A stretch of DNA of 32,000 bases from Nonlabens ponticola (GTDB lineage: Bacteria > Bacteroidota > Bacteroidia > Flavobacteriales > Flavobacteriaceae). Of this stretch, positions 1-9,620 are shown piece by piece (position 1 is the first letter of the stretch; every line of letters begins with the position of its first letter). Where the stretch lies: NCBI RefSeq assembly GCF_003966335.1, contig NZ_CP034549.1:2460001-2492000 (forward strand). The letters run 5' to 3'. The notes under the pieces are model-generated. The model was not told where the DNA came from. It ran no database searches and saw only the letters and a list, made by a program, of their open reading frames with translations. A program made the position numbers and the translations under genes.

Positions 1-653
1 TGGATCTTGCCTGCGGTCGTGGTCGCCACAGCATGTATTTGAACAAGCTGGGTTATGATGTGACTGGTGTAGATTTGAGTGAGAGTAGTATAGCTTTCGC
101 GAAAGCGAGATTAAAAAACATCAAAGAAGGACACTTAGAACTGGACGAGCCTGATCAATCCTCGCTGCAATTGGATCGCATCAAGTTTGCCGTACACAAT
201 ATGACGGTGCCTTATACTGATACCTTTAATGCGGTGTTCAATCTCTTTACCAGTTTTGGATATTTTGACGATCCACAGGATAATCAAAGAACTGTAAGCA
301 GCATCAAGAAGATGTTGAAGCTTGATGGATATGGAGTGATTGATTTTTTCAATTCGCATCACGTGATAGAGCATCTTGTGCCTTATAATGAGAAAGAAGT
401 GCGCGGCATCATGTTCAAGCAATCACGTAGGTTTGAGGATGGTTTTATCTTCAAGGACATAGAGTTTGAAGACGACGGCGAGCGCTATAAGTTTACCGAG
501 CGCGTGAGTGCATTGACTCAGGAGGATTTCTTGAATTACCTCGACACTGCTAGTCTCGAATTGGTACACACTTTTGGCGATTATCAATTAGCTGACTTTG
601 ATCAAGAAACATCACCACGATTGATACTGGTTTTTAAAATCGCTGTGTCATGA
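1..653 (+). CDS. class I SAM-dependent methyltransferase (5' end lies outside the window)
   Basis: The frame stays open back to the window edge. Codons from position 3 read DLACGRGRH, which matches SAM-binding motif I and continues into the listed ORF 33..653. The stop overlaps the next start (ATGA at 650-653). Confidence 0.8.
   Translation, partial: DLACGRGRHSMYLNKLGYDVTGVDLSESSIAFAKARLKNIKEGHLELDEPDQSSLQLDRIKFAVHNMTVPYTDTFNAVFNLFTSFGYFDDPQDNQRTVSSIKKMLKLDGYGVIDFFNSHHVIEHLVPYNEKEVRGIMFKQSRRFEDGFIFKDIEFEDDGERYKFTERVSALTQEDFLNYLDTASLELVHTFGDYQLADFDQETSPRLILVFKIAVS
93..106. repeat. iterated palindrome copy 1 (GCTTTCGCGAAAGC)
   Basis: Perfect 14-mer inside the methyltransferase CDS, read as A-F-A-K-A. 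Confidence 0.95.
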
Positions 654-1318
654 ATTACCTGTTCACATTTCTAGCAGTTGTTGCTGGCGCCTTGCTTGCC
701 TGGCAAGTGCGTGAGATCTCTAGAAAGCGCTTGAAATTGCTACTGGCATTCTCTGGTGCGTTATTGCTAAGTGCGGTCGCTACAGAATTCCTACCTGAAA
801 TCTACACAGAAGGCTCGGTTGATTACGGCATCTACCTTATCGCTGGTGTTTTTATCCAGATCATTCTTGAATTCTTCTCAAAAGGCGCGGAACATGGACA
901 CTTGCACATCGATAAAAATGTAAGTGCTTTTCCTTATGCCCTATTTTTAAGTTTGTGTTTGCATGCTTTTCTTGAAGGAATGCCATTGCAATCCAACGAT
1001 AGCATGGTTTATGCGATTGCCGTTCACAAACTGCCCATCGCCTTTATTTTTACGGCATTCTTGATAGCAAATAAGGCCAGTTTTGTACGCATATTCATTG
1101 TAATGAGCATCTTTGCGGCTATGTCGCCACTAGGAACACTGCTAGCTGCAGAAATAGGCTGGGTGCAAGAAGTCATGTTGCCTATAAAGGCAATAGTTGC
1201 AGGTATCGTCTTGCACGTATCTACCACGCTCATTCTTGAGTCGAGCGATGGTCACAAGTTCAACCTTGCCAAATTGCTTGCGATGATTCTAGGTGCTGCA
1301 CTGGCTTTTTTGATTTAA
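650..1318 (+). CDS. ZIP family metal transporter
   Basis: 222 aa polytopic membrane protein with a His-rich loop (AEHGHLHID) and ZIP-like LHAFLEGMP and HKLPIAF motifs. A 4-nt overlap with the upstream gene suggests translational coupling. Confidence 0.6.
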   Translation: MNYLFTFLAVVAGALLAWQVREISRKRLKLLLAFSGALLLSAVATEFLPEIYTEGSVDYGIYLIAGVFIQIILEFFSKGAEHGHLHIDKNVSAFPYALFLSLCLHAFLEGMPLQSNDSMVYAIAVHKLPIAFIFTAFLIANKASFVRIFIVMSIFAAMSPLGTLLAAEIGWVQEVMLPIKAIVAGIVLHVSTTLILESSDGHKFNLAKLLAMILGAALAFLI

Positions 1319-2071
1319 TCATTTCTTGACAAACACCATGCAATGCTGCCATGGTAGGTGATCAATATTTTCTTTGAGCTTGAATCCGTTGGCGTTGAAC
1401 TCTTTCACGGCTTGAGCCTCGCTCATTTTATGAATTGTCTTTATAGGAATTTGAGGATCCTCGCCGCGATATTCAATGAGATAGATCTCGCCATCTTTCT
1501 TTAAGGCCTTGCGCATAGACGCAATCATCGCTACCGGAAAGCTGAATTCATGATACACATCTACCATCAAAATTTTATCGACAGAGTTGGATGGCAAATT
1601 CACGCTTTTCTCTGACCCTAAGATTAGCTCTACATTTTCAATGTTACTTTCTTCTTTTTTGTAATTCATCGCCGCCAGCATCTCTGGCTGTATATCGACA
1701 GCATAGATCTTACCTTCAGGTACCTGTGGTGCCATTTTAAACACATGATAACCAGATCCAGCGCCTATATCTGCAATGTTATCATCTGGCTGAATGTTCA
1801 TGTTTTCAAGCAGGATGGATGTGTTTTCTTCTTGTTCTCTTTCTGGACGCTCCAGCCATTCCATGCCTTGAAATCCCATGACATGCGCAATCTCACGACC
1901 CATGTACCACTTGCCTATACCATTGATGCTGCCTGATTTATAGACGTAGTCTTGAGAGCTTTCGGTTTGTTCGTCTGACCGAGTAGAGTCAGTAGTTTGG
2001 GTTTGTCCTTTGCAGCTTGTGAGCGAGAAGCTTAAAAATATTAATGAAAAGATGTATTTGAAGTATTTCAT
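1319..2071 (-). CDS. SAM-dependent methyltransferase with lipoprotein signal peptide
   Basis: N-terminal signal ending in LTSC (lipobox-like). Motif I reads IADIGAGSGYHVF, followed by YAVDIQPEML. Confidence 0.75.
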   Translation of the reverse strand: MKYFKYIFSLIFLSFSLTSCKGQTQTTDSTRSDEQTESSQDYVYKSGSINGIGKWYMGREIAHVMGFQGMEWLERPEREQEENTSILLENMNIQPDDNIADIGAGSGYHVFKMAPQVPEGKIYAVDIQPEMLAAMNYKKEESNIENVELILGSEKSVNLPSNSVDKILMVDVYHEFSFPVAMIASMRKALKKDGEIYLIEYRGEDPQIPIKTIHKMSEAQAVKEFNANGFKLKENIDHLPWQHCMVFVKK

Positions 2072-2117
2072 ACTCTGTTGGTCGTGAGAACGATGAATCA
2101 GTTACTTCAAATTTATA

Positions 2118-3119
2118 TTAGGATTGTGATTGACCTGTTTTTTCAAAATACTTATTTACCACACCCAGCTGAATGAGTTGCTCCAATTTTCTATCTTGAA
2201 ACTGCCTCACATGCTCATGAGCGTTTTTGATAAGTTGAGCAGCTTTATCGGCATGATCGATAAAGGATTGTAAGCGTTCATTGAGGTTGGAATAATCGTC
2301 ATTTATCAGAATATAATGATGATCAGGAATCAAGGTGCCTTCCATAAACCAGCTTTCATACTTAGGTTTTGGCATGACGGCAATGGAATTTGAGGACATC
2401 ACCCATTTGAGATTAGTGGCCACATCATTACCTTCAATACATAGGATAAACTTGTAATCCAACTGTTGTTCAATAGTCATTCTAGGTTTTAGAAACTCCT
2501 CAAAGTCGGCGGTTTTATTTACCTTGCCTATATCACACAACGGACTATCAAAATACTGCTGGACAAACTGCACTCGATGTGGTTGTGCCGCTCTCATCTT
2601 GCCACGCCATACCAGCCGGTCCTGTTTCTGTGTAAATGATTTCCTATCGCTGTCGACAAAATTAAAATGCCTAACCGCGTTAAGTTTCATCAAAACGGAG
2701 TTCTCGTGAGGTACTTGAATAGGTCTGGTTTTTACAAAACTAGCTTGATCGGGCACAGTGGTTACATCGCCAGGTTCTACGAGAAACTCGAGATTAGGAT
2801 CAAAAGTTTTTAAATGCTTTTTGAGATCAAAATAATAGACCTTCTGCTTTTTGGGTCGTGAGTAATCTGCAATCGATATCGGATTGATAAGTTCCCGCGG
2901 TTGATCAAGTTTATTATAATAATTGATACGAGCTAGAACTTGTTGTTGCGTGGTTTGATCTAAAGAATCAAAAATAACTTGAAAGGATTTTCTTCTAGAA
3001 AAATCGGGTAGCCATTCCTGAGCGTAAGCACTAATATAATATCGCAACTTACTCTGTTTGTACTTACCTGATAGCCTGTCTAAATCACCCAACATGATTT
3101 TTAAACTTACAATATTCAT
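2118..3119 (-). CDS. glycosyltransferase family 90 (CAP10/KDELC-like) protein
   Basis: The block KFILCIEGNDVATNLKWVMSSNSIAVMP...WFMEGTLIPDHHYILINDDYSNL resembles the GT90 signature region. Confidence 0.6.
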   Translation of the reverse strand: MNIVSLKIMLGDLDRLSGKYKQSKLRYYISAYAQEWLPDFSRRKSFQVIFDSLDQTTQQQVLARINYYNKLDQPRELINPISIADYSRPKKQKVYYFDLKKHLKTFDPNLEFLVEPGDVTTVPDQASFVKTRPIQVPHENSVLMKLNAVRHFNFVDSDRKSFTQKQDRLVWRGKMRAAQPHRVQFVQQYFDSPLCDIGKVNKTADFEEFLKPRMTIEQQLDYKFILCIEGNDVATNLKWVMSSNSIAVMPKPKYESWFMEGTLIPDHHYILINDDYSNLNERLQSFIDHADKAAQLIKNAHEHVRQFQDRKLEQLIQLGVVNKYFEKTGQSQS

Positions 3120-3123
3120 AAAA

Positions 3124-3756
3124 TTACTTGAGCACCAGCCATACCATCACTGCGTGACTAAAACTACCGCCCAAAACAAATAGGTGCCAAATCACGTGGT
3201 TGAAATACAGTTTACTCCAGGCATAAAAAACGATGCCGACTGTGAAGAACAGGCCACCTGCAATCAACGCGTACATTTGAGCATCAGTAAATACGTCCCG
3301 CAAGGCAGGTAAATCAATAACGATAAGCCAACCCATGACCAGATACAGCAAACTGCTGAAAACATCATATTTACCAGTCAAAAACAACTTCCAAATAGTA
3401 CCAAAAGCCATGATACCCCAACTTATCATCAAAATTAAATGACCATTGGATCCATTGAGTGACAACAAACATATGGGCGTATAGGTTCCTGCAATACTTA
3501 TATAGATCGAGATATGATCCATCTTTCGCAGTCGCCTCTTCAATCTACCCATGGGAACATGATGATACCAGGTAGATGCGGTGTATAGAAAAACCTGAGA
3601 AAAGCAATAAACTCCTATTGCGATTAGCGAATTAGGACGACCATCTGCGATAGCCTTAGGAATCATAAAAAAAGACAGAATTATAAATACAGCAAGCCCA
3701 AAGCCATGCGTGTAAACATTCCAGCGTTCTTCTTTAAGCGTTTGAGGTCTAGACAT
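3124..3756 (-). CDS. hemolysin III / PAQR family membrane protein
   Basis: 210 aa with about 7 TM segments and conserved His-containing motifs (NVYTHGFG, WYHH, HISIYISIAGTYTP, HLFVLGGSFSH). Its start overlaps the upstream gene's stop by 8 nt. Confidence 0.8.
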   Translation of the reverse strand: MSRPQTLKEERWNVYTHGFGLAVFIILSFFMIPKAIADGRPNSLIAIGVYCFSQVFLYTASTWYHHVPMGRLKRRLRKMDHISIYISIAGTYTPICLLSLNGSNGHLILMISWGIMAFGTIWKLFLTGKYDVFSSLLYLVMGWLIVIDLPALRDVFTDAQMYALIAGGLFFTVGIVFYAWSKLYFNHVIWHLFVLGGSFSHAVMVWLVLK

Positions 3757-4702
3757 CTATTGCCATTGTGATCATTTTCTTTCTGGCCTGCTCATATTCT
3801 GCTACTACATTCTCTATGACCTGAGCGGCAGGTAGAATATCATTGATCATTCCAGAGACCTGACCTATTTCAAGTTCGCCTTCATCCATATCGCCTTCAA
3901 ACATGCCTTTTTTGGCACGAGCGCGCCCTAGTAATTTTTGTAAATCTTCCTTTGACGGACTTGACTTATATAATTCTTGAACATCATTCCAAAACTTATT
4001 GCGCATCAACCGCACGGGTGCTAATTCCTTAAGTGTGAGATGTGTGTCGCCCTCGCCGGCATCAACGATAGCTTTTTTAAAGTTTATATGACTACTCGCC
4101 TCTTCAGTACAAACGAAACGACTGCCCATTTGAACACCATGGGCACCCAGTGTCATGGCTGCCAGCATACCTCTACCCGTGGCGATACCACCAGCAGCAA
4201 TGAGCGGTATATCAATAGCTTCAGAAACCTGTGGAATAAGAGTTAGCGTTGTCGATTCCTCACGGCCGTTGTGGCCGCCAGCCTCAAAACCTTCCGCAAC
4301 GACGGCATCGACTCCAGCTTCTTGAGATTTTAAAGCAAATTTGACTGAACTCACCACGTGAACCACAGTAATGCCAGCTTCCTTGAGTTGTGGTGTGTAG
4401 CTTTTAGGATTTCCTGCGCTCGTAAAAACGATTGGTACTTTCTCCTCTATGATAATGTCCAGTATCTCATCAAGATCTGAATAAAGTAATGGAACGTTGA
4501 CACCGTAAGGCTTGTCCGTTGCTTTTTTGGTTTTTTGGATATGCTCACGTAAAACATCTGGGTACATCGATCCAGCACCAATTAGTCCCAAGCCGCCAGC
4601 ATTACTGACTGAACTAACTAGTTTCCAGCCGCTTGCCCATACCATACCTCCTTGAATGATTGGGTATTTTATATTGAACAGTCGGGTGATTGGATTTTTC
4701 AT
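3749..4702 (-). CDS. NAD(P)H-dependent flavin oxidoreductase (nitronate monooxygenase / FabK-like family)
   Basis: N-terminal YPIIQGGMVWASGWKLVSSVSNAGGLGLIGAGS and AEGFEAGGH motifs are typical of the NMO/2-nitropropane dioxygenase fold. Confidence 0.8.
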   Translation of the reverse strand: MKNPITRLFNIKYPIIQGGMVWASGWKLVSSVSNAGGLGLIGAGSMYPDVLREHIQKTKKATDKPYGVNVPLLYSDLDEILDIIIEEKVPIVFTSAGNPKSYTPQLKEAGITVVHVVSSVKFALKSQEAGVDAVVAEGFEAGGHNGREESTTLTLIPQVSEAIDIPLIAAGGIATGRGMLAAMTLGAHGVQMGSRFVCTEEASSHINFKKAIVDAGEGDTHLTLKELAPVRLMRNKFWNDVQELYKSSPSKEDLQKLLGRARAKKGMFEGDMDEGELEIGQVSGMINDILPAAQVIENVVAEYEQARKKMITMAIDV

Positions 4703-4795
4703 GGCTGCAAAGATAATGGCTAATTATTGCTAGCAGTGATATTCACTTATTAGGGAACTTTGTCAACGGAACAACTAACTATTTACCTGAAAGCT

Positions 4796-6373
4796 TTAGT
4801 CGATAACGATCTTGAAGGAATTCAATCCATCGTTCAGTGCAACGATATAAATACCACTAGACAAAGTATTGAGATCAAAAGAGGATTTCCCTGTTGCATT
4901 GTTTAGTAATAGTTGTCCTTGCAAATTAAAGATAGAAACCTTACTCACACTAATATCGCCAGCGACTATTGTCAAAATATTACTTCTCACGTAGTATTTA
5001 AAATCTTTGGGCTGCTGGACAAAATCATTTGAAAGTGTATTGAAAACCGCACCAAAATCTGGAATGCCATAACCCAACTGATTATCAGGATTATCTGCTT
5101 GAGTGGCACTTTGTCGCACGGCTTCCATCAATTCTTGGGGTGTTCTATCTGGAAAAGCGCCAACCAGCGATGCCATAGCACCAGCAATAACTGGTGAACT
5201 ATAACTTGTACCGTTGCCACTTCGCAAATCATCACTCTCATTAATCAAAATCGTGCTGCTACCTTGCGCCACCACATCTGGTTTTATGCGACCATCAAAT
5301 GTTGGCCCGATGCTAGAGAAATCGGACTTACTTTCATTTGCGGTGACAGACCCTATGGTAAACACACCATCTGCATCTGCTGGTGCGGCGATGTATGGAT
5401 AGCTATTTACTCTACCAAAGTTTCCTGCGCTAGTAACTACCAACAATCCCTTTGCCGCGGCAATTTCTGCACCTCTTGATATGAATGAACTTCCGTTCAT
5501 GTCTTCATAAGTAAGACTCTCGTTATCATTGGCAAACTGTAAATATCCCAACGAGACATTTACTACATCAACACCTAACGAGTCTGCACGCTCTGCAGCC
5601 GCAACCCAATAACTCATTTCCACAGGAGTTTCAGATGTCTCATCTTCTGTACGATATAGATAATAAGACGCATCTGGAGCACTACCTTCAAATTGTGTGT
5701 CGCGACTTGCTCCCATGATGCTCAAGACTCTAGCGCCATGAAAGTTATTACCATAAATACTCTCATCACCATCCACAAAATCATAACCTCCTAAAAGATT
5801 GCGATTGGATCGCATTTGCTCAAAAGCTGTGTTAGTATCCACGCCAGGAAACCCACTATCAGTCACGGCAATAATTACATCAGTACCTATGTGACCAGCA
5901 TCATGCAATTCATCCAGTGCAATCATCTCAATCTGGTTTGTAGCACTACCATAGTCCAGCGGTGGATCAAGATCTTCCTTGAACTGATTTAGCTCTATTT
6001 GACTAGCACTTTTGCTTTGGTCTGCATAATCTACTCGTTCTACAAAATCTAGGTTGTTGAGCGCCTCGATATCCTCAAACTGACCTACCACGTGCACGCA
6101 ATTATTCCACTTGGACTGGGTACGGTAATCAATTCCCGTTTGTTGTTTGATCGTGGCTACATAAGTCTGATTCATAGGCACATCGCGCTCGTCTAGAGTG
6201 ATACCGTGGCGCTGTTTGCGATCTAGCGCACGCTGCGTCAACATGGTGGTTGGGTTGTCTAGGAATGCCTGCTCTTGCGGCTTATCAGTAAAATAAACCC
6301 AAGCATGTAGTTGTTGAGCAGATAGTTCTCCTACCAGCAACAAAGTAGTGACTATAAATATGATCTTTTTCAT
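4796..6373 (-). CDS. secreted S8 (subtilisin-like) serine peptidase with T9SS C-terminal sorting domain
   Basis: Signal peptide present. Catalytic triad contexts are VTDSGF (Asp), HGARV (His) and GNGTSYSSPVIAG (Ser). The C-terminus (...SGIYIVALNDGLNSFKIVID) looks like a Por/T9SS CTD. Confidence 0.85.
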   Translation of the reverse strand: MKKIIFIVTTLLLVGELSAQQLHAWVYFTDKPQEQAFLDNPTTMLTQRALDRKQRHGITLDERDVPMNQTYVATIKQQTGIDYRTQSKWNNCVHVVGQFEDIEALNNLDFVERVDYADQSKSASQIELNQFKEDLDPPLDYGSATNQIEMIALDELHDAGHIGTDVIIAVTDSGFPGVDTNTAFEQMRSNRNLLGGYDFVDGDESIYGNNFHGARVLSIMGASRDTQFEGSAPDASYYLYRTEDETSETPVEMSYWVAAAERADSLGVDVVNVSLGYLQFANDNESLTYEDMNGSSFISRGAEIAAAKGLLVVTSAGNFGRVNSYPYIAAPADADGVFTIGSVTANESKSDFSSIGPTFDGRIKPDVVAQGSSTILINESDDLRSGNGTSYSSPVIAGAMASLVGAFPDRTPQELMEAVRQSATQADNPDNQLGYGIPDFGAVFNTLSNDFVQQPKDFKYYVRSNILTIVAGDISVSKVSIFNLQGQLLLNNATGKSSFDLNTLSSGIYIVALNDGLNSFKIVID

Positions 6374-6382
6374 AACGGTAAT

Positions 6383-7561
6383 TTAAGCAATAACACCCGA
6401 ACCTAGGCATTCACCATCTTGATACCATGCGGCAAATTGACCAGAGCTTATCGCGCTTTGCGCATTATCAAAGATCACATAGAGACCTTCTTCTCGCTGG
6501 TGTAAGGTAGCCGGCTCTAATGTTTGTCGATAACGTATGCGCGCCATAACATCCATGGTCTCACCTACCATAATCGATAAATCTGGTCGTATCCAGTGTA
6601 CCTCATCTTGTGCAATAAACAGTCCACGACGGTACAACCCTGCATGATCTTTACCTTGACCTACGTATATAGTATTGGTTTCCACATCAGTCTCTATGAC
6701 AAATAAAGGCTCAACCGTACCACCTACGGCAAGACCACGACGCTGCCCACGTGTAAAATAGTGCGCACCTTGATGTTGTCCTTTTACTTGTCCATCTGTT
6801 TTTTCATAAGTACGCTTTCGCGAAAGCGTAACAACCTCATCATCACTACTACCAGTCATACTCTTGTGCATGCTAACGGATACGGGAACCTCAACGATAT
6901 CACCAGTTTTAGGTTTCAATTGTTGTTGTAGAAAGTCTGGCAAGCGCACCTTGCCAATAAAACAAAGGCCTTGACTATCTTTTTTACCAGCGGTAATCAA
7001 ATCTTGGGAAGCTGCAATCTCACGAACTTCAGATTTTTGAAGATGACCTATAGGGAAAAGTGTTTTGGCAAGTTGGTCCTGTGATACCTGACATAAAAAA
7101 TAGCTTTGATCCTTGTTAGAATCGGCGCCACTGATCAATCGGTGAACTTGTTGATCGTCAATGGTGATGGTATCTTTTTGACAGTAATGTCCAGTTGCAA
7201 CAAAGTCTGCACCTAGATTCATGGCTATATCCATAAACACGTCAAACTTGATCTCACGATTGCAAAGTACATCAGGGTTGGGCGTACGACCGCGTGCATA
7301 CTCATCAAACATGTAATTGACTATTCGATCCTTGTACTGCTCGCTTAAATCGACTGTCTGGAATGGTATGCCCAACTTGTCTGCGACGAGCATGGCATCA
7401 TTAGAATCTTCTAGCCATGGACACTCGTCACTTATGGTCACGCTGTCATCGTGCCAATTCTTCATAAACAGACCTATCACTTCATGACCTTGCTCGATAA
7501 GCAAATGTGCGGCTACACTGCTGTCAACACCACCTGAAAGTCCTACTACTACCTTTGCCAT
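6383..7561 (-). CDS. mnmA: tRNA 2-thiouridine(34) synthase MnmA
   Basis: PP-loop GLSGGVDSS plus full-length MnmA-like sequence. I take the ATG at 7561 ([11 protein letters not shown]) as the start, not the TTG at 7579 used by the ORF track. Confidence 0.9.
   Translation of the reverse strand: MAKVVVGLSGGVDSSVAAHLLIEQGHEVIGLFMKNWHDDSVTISDECPWLEDSNDAMLVADKLGIPFQTVDLSEQYKDRIVNYMFDEYARGRTPNPDVLCNREIKFDVFMDIAMNLGADFVATGHYCQKDTITIDDQQVHRLISGADSNKDQSYFLCQVSQDQLAKTLFPIGHLQKSEVREIAASQDLITAGKKDSQGLCFIGKVRLPDFLQQQLKPKTGDIVEVPVSVSMHKSMTGSSDDEVVTLSRKRTYEKTDGQVKGQHQGAHYFTRGQRRGLAVGGTVEPLFVIETDVETNTIYVGQGKDHAGLYRRGLFIAQDEVHWIRPDLSIMVGETMDVMARIRYRQTLEPATLHQREEGLYVIFDNAQSAISSGQFAAWYQDGECLGSGVIA
6811..6830. 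repeat. iterated palindrome copy 2 (TACGCTTTCGCGAAAGCGTA)
   Basis: Perfect 20-bp palindrome inside the mnmA CDS, read on the minus strand as T-L-S-R-K-R-T. Confidence 0.95.
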
Positions 7562-7730
7562 GCTGCAAAAATAGCGCAACTATAAATCTTTGTGCTGACG
7601 AGTATATTTTATTTAACTATGAGAAGTTTCTTGGTTTCTATGACCAGTACAACTTCGTCACAAAATCGCCTAGTTACGGCAATAGATGCGCCATAGATTC
7701 GTTATTTTGCCAGTCCTAAATACCTGTTGA

Positions 7731-8687
7731 ATGAAGATGCGTTTTTTATACCTATTGTTTGCTTTCTCCCTGATTATAAGTTGTACCGATGAGGACGATA
7801 ATAACAATGTTATCAATGGACCCAGCGCACTTGATTTTGTCAGCGAGAGTCCAGATCACACAATACTGTTGCAAGCGCTGGAACGTACTCGTCTTGACGA
7901 GTCACTTGAGACCAGTAATAACTTAACGATTTTTGCGCCCAATGATAATGCTTTCCGCCAATTTCTTGCGGCCAATAATTTTGGTAGTGTCAACTCTATA
8001 CCAGAGGATCTCCTGACGCTCGTTCTTCAATATCATATACAGAATGAGGTTAAAACAACCGATCAATTAGGATCTCAGTATTTTAAAACGCTAGCTACTG
8101 TTGATAATGACCAACTAGACGTGTTTGTGTCAAAGGATGAAGAAGACAACTTGCGACTCAACAACGAGGCAGATGTGATTCTTGCAGATGAAATAGTAAG
8201 TAACGGTGTGATACATGTAATCGACGATGTACTTGATATACCTAGTGTGGTCACTTTGATCGCGGCAAATCCCGATTTTGACTTGCTAGAAGAAAGCTTG
8301 AGACAAGAAGGTCTTGCCGTAACCCTAGATGATCTAGAAGATGCTAGTGCTCCATTCACCGTTTTTGCTCCTAGCGACGCAGGTTTTCAAGCATTTATTG
8401 ACGAGGATGAAGAAGATGGATTTGAAGACAGTGATGATGTACTAGAGCTGGATAATCTTGATGATATCTTGTTATATCATGTTCTAGGAGATAACGCTTT
8501 AAGGCTTGAAGACTTTGAGGATGGATCGACCATTGGTCCATTAGGCGATGGTACTTTTCTCCTGGCGACGTCCAGCGGTTTTACCATTGCTGATGAGAAT
8601 GATCGCATCACAACGATTGTGACTACAAACATTACTGCCTTTAATGGCGTGATCCATTCGCTAGACAACATATTGCTACCAGAGTAA
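7731..8687 (+). CDS. fasciclin (FAS1) domain lipoprotein, two FAS1 repeats
   Basis: Lipoprotein-type signal (LIISC). The FAS1 motifs occur twice: TIFAPNDNAF...NGVIHVIDDVL and TVFAPSDAGF...NGVIHSLDNILLP. Confidence 0.85.
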   Translation: MKMRFLYLLFAFSLIISCTDEDDNNNVINGPSALDFVSESPDHTILLQALERTRLDESLETSNNLTIFAPNDNAFRQFLAANNFGSVNSIPEDLLTLVLQYHIQNEVKTTDQLGSQYFKTLATVDNDQLDVFVSKDEEDNLRLNNEADVILADEIVSNGVIHVIDDVLDIPSVVTLIAANPDFDLLEESLRQEGLAVTLDDLEDASAPFTVFAPSDAGFQAFIDEDEEDGFEDSDDVLELDNLDDILLYHVLGDNALRLEDFEDGSTIGPLGDGTFLLATSSGFTIADENDRITTIVTTNITAFNGVIHSLDNILLPE

Positions 8688-8688
8688 C

Positions 8689-9150
8689 ATGAAATTTACT
8701 CTAGCAATCAAGCACAAAGTCCATCAAGCATGCATAAAAGTTGTTGCAGATAAGATCAAGCTGATCAATCAAAATCTTGCAGAATTGATGCATGCAAAAA
8801 CCAGCGAAACCAAAAGTAGTGCTGGTGACAAGTATGAGACTGGTATGGCGATGATTCAAAATCAAGAAGAGCTTTTTAAAACACAGCGAGCACAGTATTA
8901 CTCACAGCAAGCTGCCTTGAACAAATTGGATCCTGGCACTGCTCATGAGATAGCGCAGCGTGGGTCGCTTGTGCAAACCACTGCAGGAATCTTTTACTTA
9001 TCGGCGGCGCTGGGAAAACTTGAGCTAGATGGCATGGAAGTTTTTGCCGTTAGCATGGAATCACCTATTGCGCAAGCATTGGAAAATGGTAAAGTGCAAG
9101 ACGAATACGTCGTCAACGGTTTGAAAAACCGTATTTTGCTGCTGATCTGA
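8689..9150 (+). CDS. conserved hypothetical protein (possible GreA/GreB C-terminal-like domain)
   Basis: 153 aa ORF lying 1 nt after the fasciclin stop. The C-terminal part (VSMESPIAQALENGKVQDEYVVNG) resembles the GreA/B C-terminal SPIG..L.G motif. The function is uncertain. Confidence 0.45.
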   Translation: MKFTLAIKHKVHQACIKVVADKIKLINQNLAELMHAKTSETKSSAGDKYETGMAMIQNQEELFKTQRAQYYSQQAALNKLDPGTAHEIAQRGSLVQTTAGIFYLSAALGKLELDGMEVFAVSMESPIAQALENGKVQDEYVVNGLKNRILLLI

Positions 9151-9161
9151 CTCATTTTACT

Positions 9162-9620
9162 ATGAAAAAACTAGAAGCACAAATTGACGAATTGCAAGAA
9201 TTCTATCAAATGGGTGATTTGTCAAAGGCACAAGTTTCCAAAAGTGGCATTTATTGGCATGTGGATCACTGCTTGCGTATTCTTGAGGCTGTGCCACAGG
9301 CCTTGGCTTCTTCTACCGCGGTAGATTATAAACCTAAAAATAGTTTTACCAAATTTCTGATTATGACCACCGGTTGGATTCCTAGAGGAAAAGGTCGCGC
9401 TCCCAAGTATGTTACTCCAAAAAAAGGCAACATTCCCGAAACGGTGATCGAGCAGCGTTTTGAAAATGCACGACAGCAAGTTAATACATTGAAAGATCTG
9501 GAAGCCGATAAGCATTTTTACCATCCGCTATTTGGGTCATTGACTAAGAAAAAGGCGATTAAGTTTTTGGGCATTCACACACATCATCATCTCAAGATAT
9601 TGAGAGATATGGTCGCCTGA
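9162..9620 (+). CDS. DinB-superfamily / DUF1569-like protein
   Basis: 152 aa. The C-terminal HPLFGSLTKKKAIKFLGIHTHHHLKI motif is typical of DUF1569/DinB-like four-helix proteins. Confidence 0.55.
   Translation: MKKLEAQIDELQEFYQMGDLSKAQVSKSGIYWHVDHCLRILEAVPQALASSTAVDYKPKNSFTKFLIMTTGWIPRGKGRAPKYVTPKKGNIPETVIEQRFENARQQVNTLKDLEADKHFYHPLFGSLTKKKAIKFLGIHTHHHLKILRDMVA

Noticed and set aside
7562-7579. N-terminal extension of MnmA from the TTG at 7579 (MRYFCS...)
   Set aside because: The ATG at 7561 gives the canonical [16 protein letters not shown]-terminus. The extension adds a non-conserved-looking hexapeptide.
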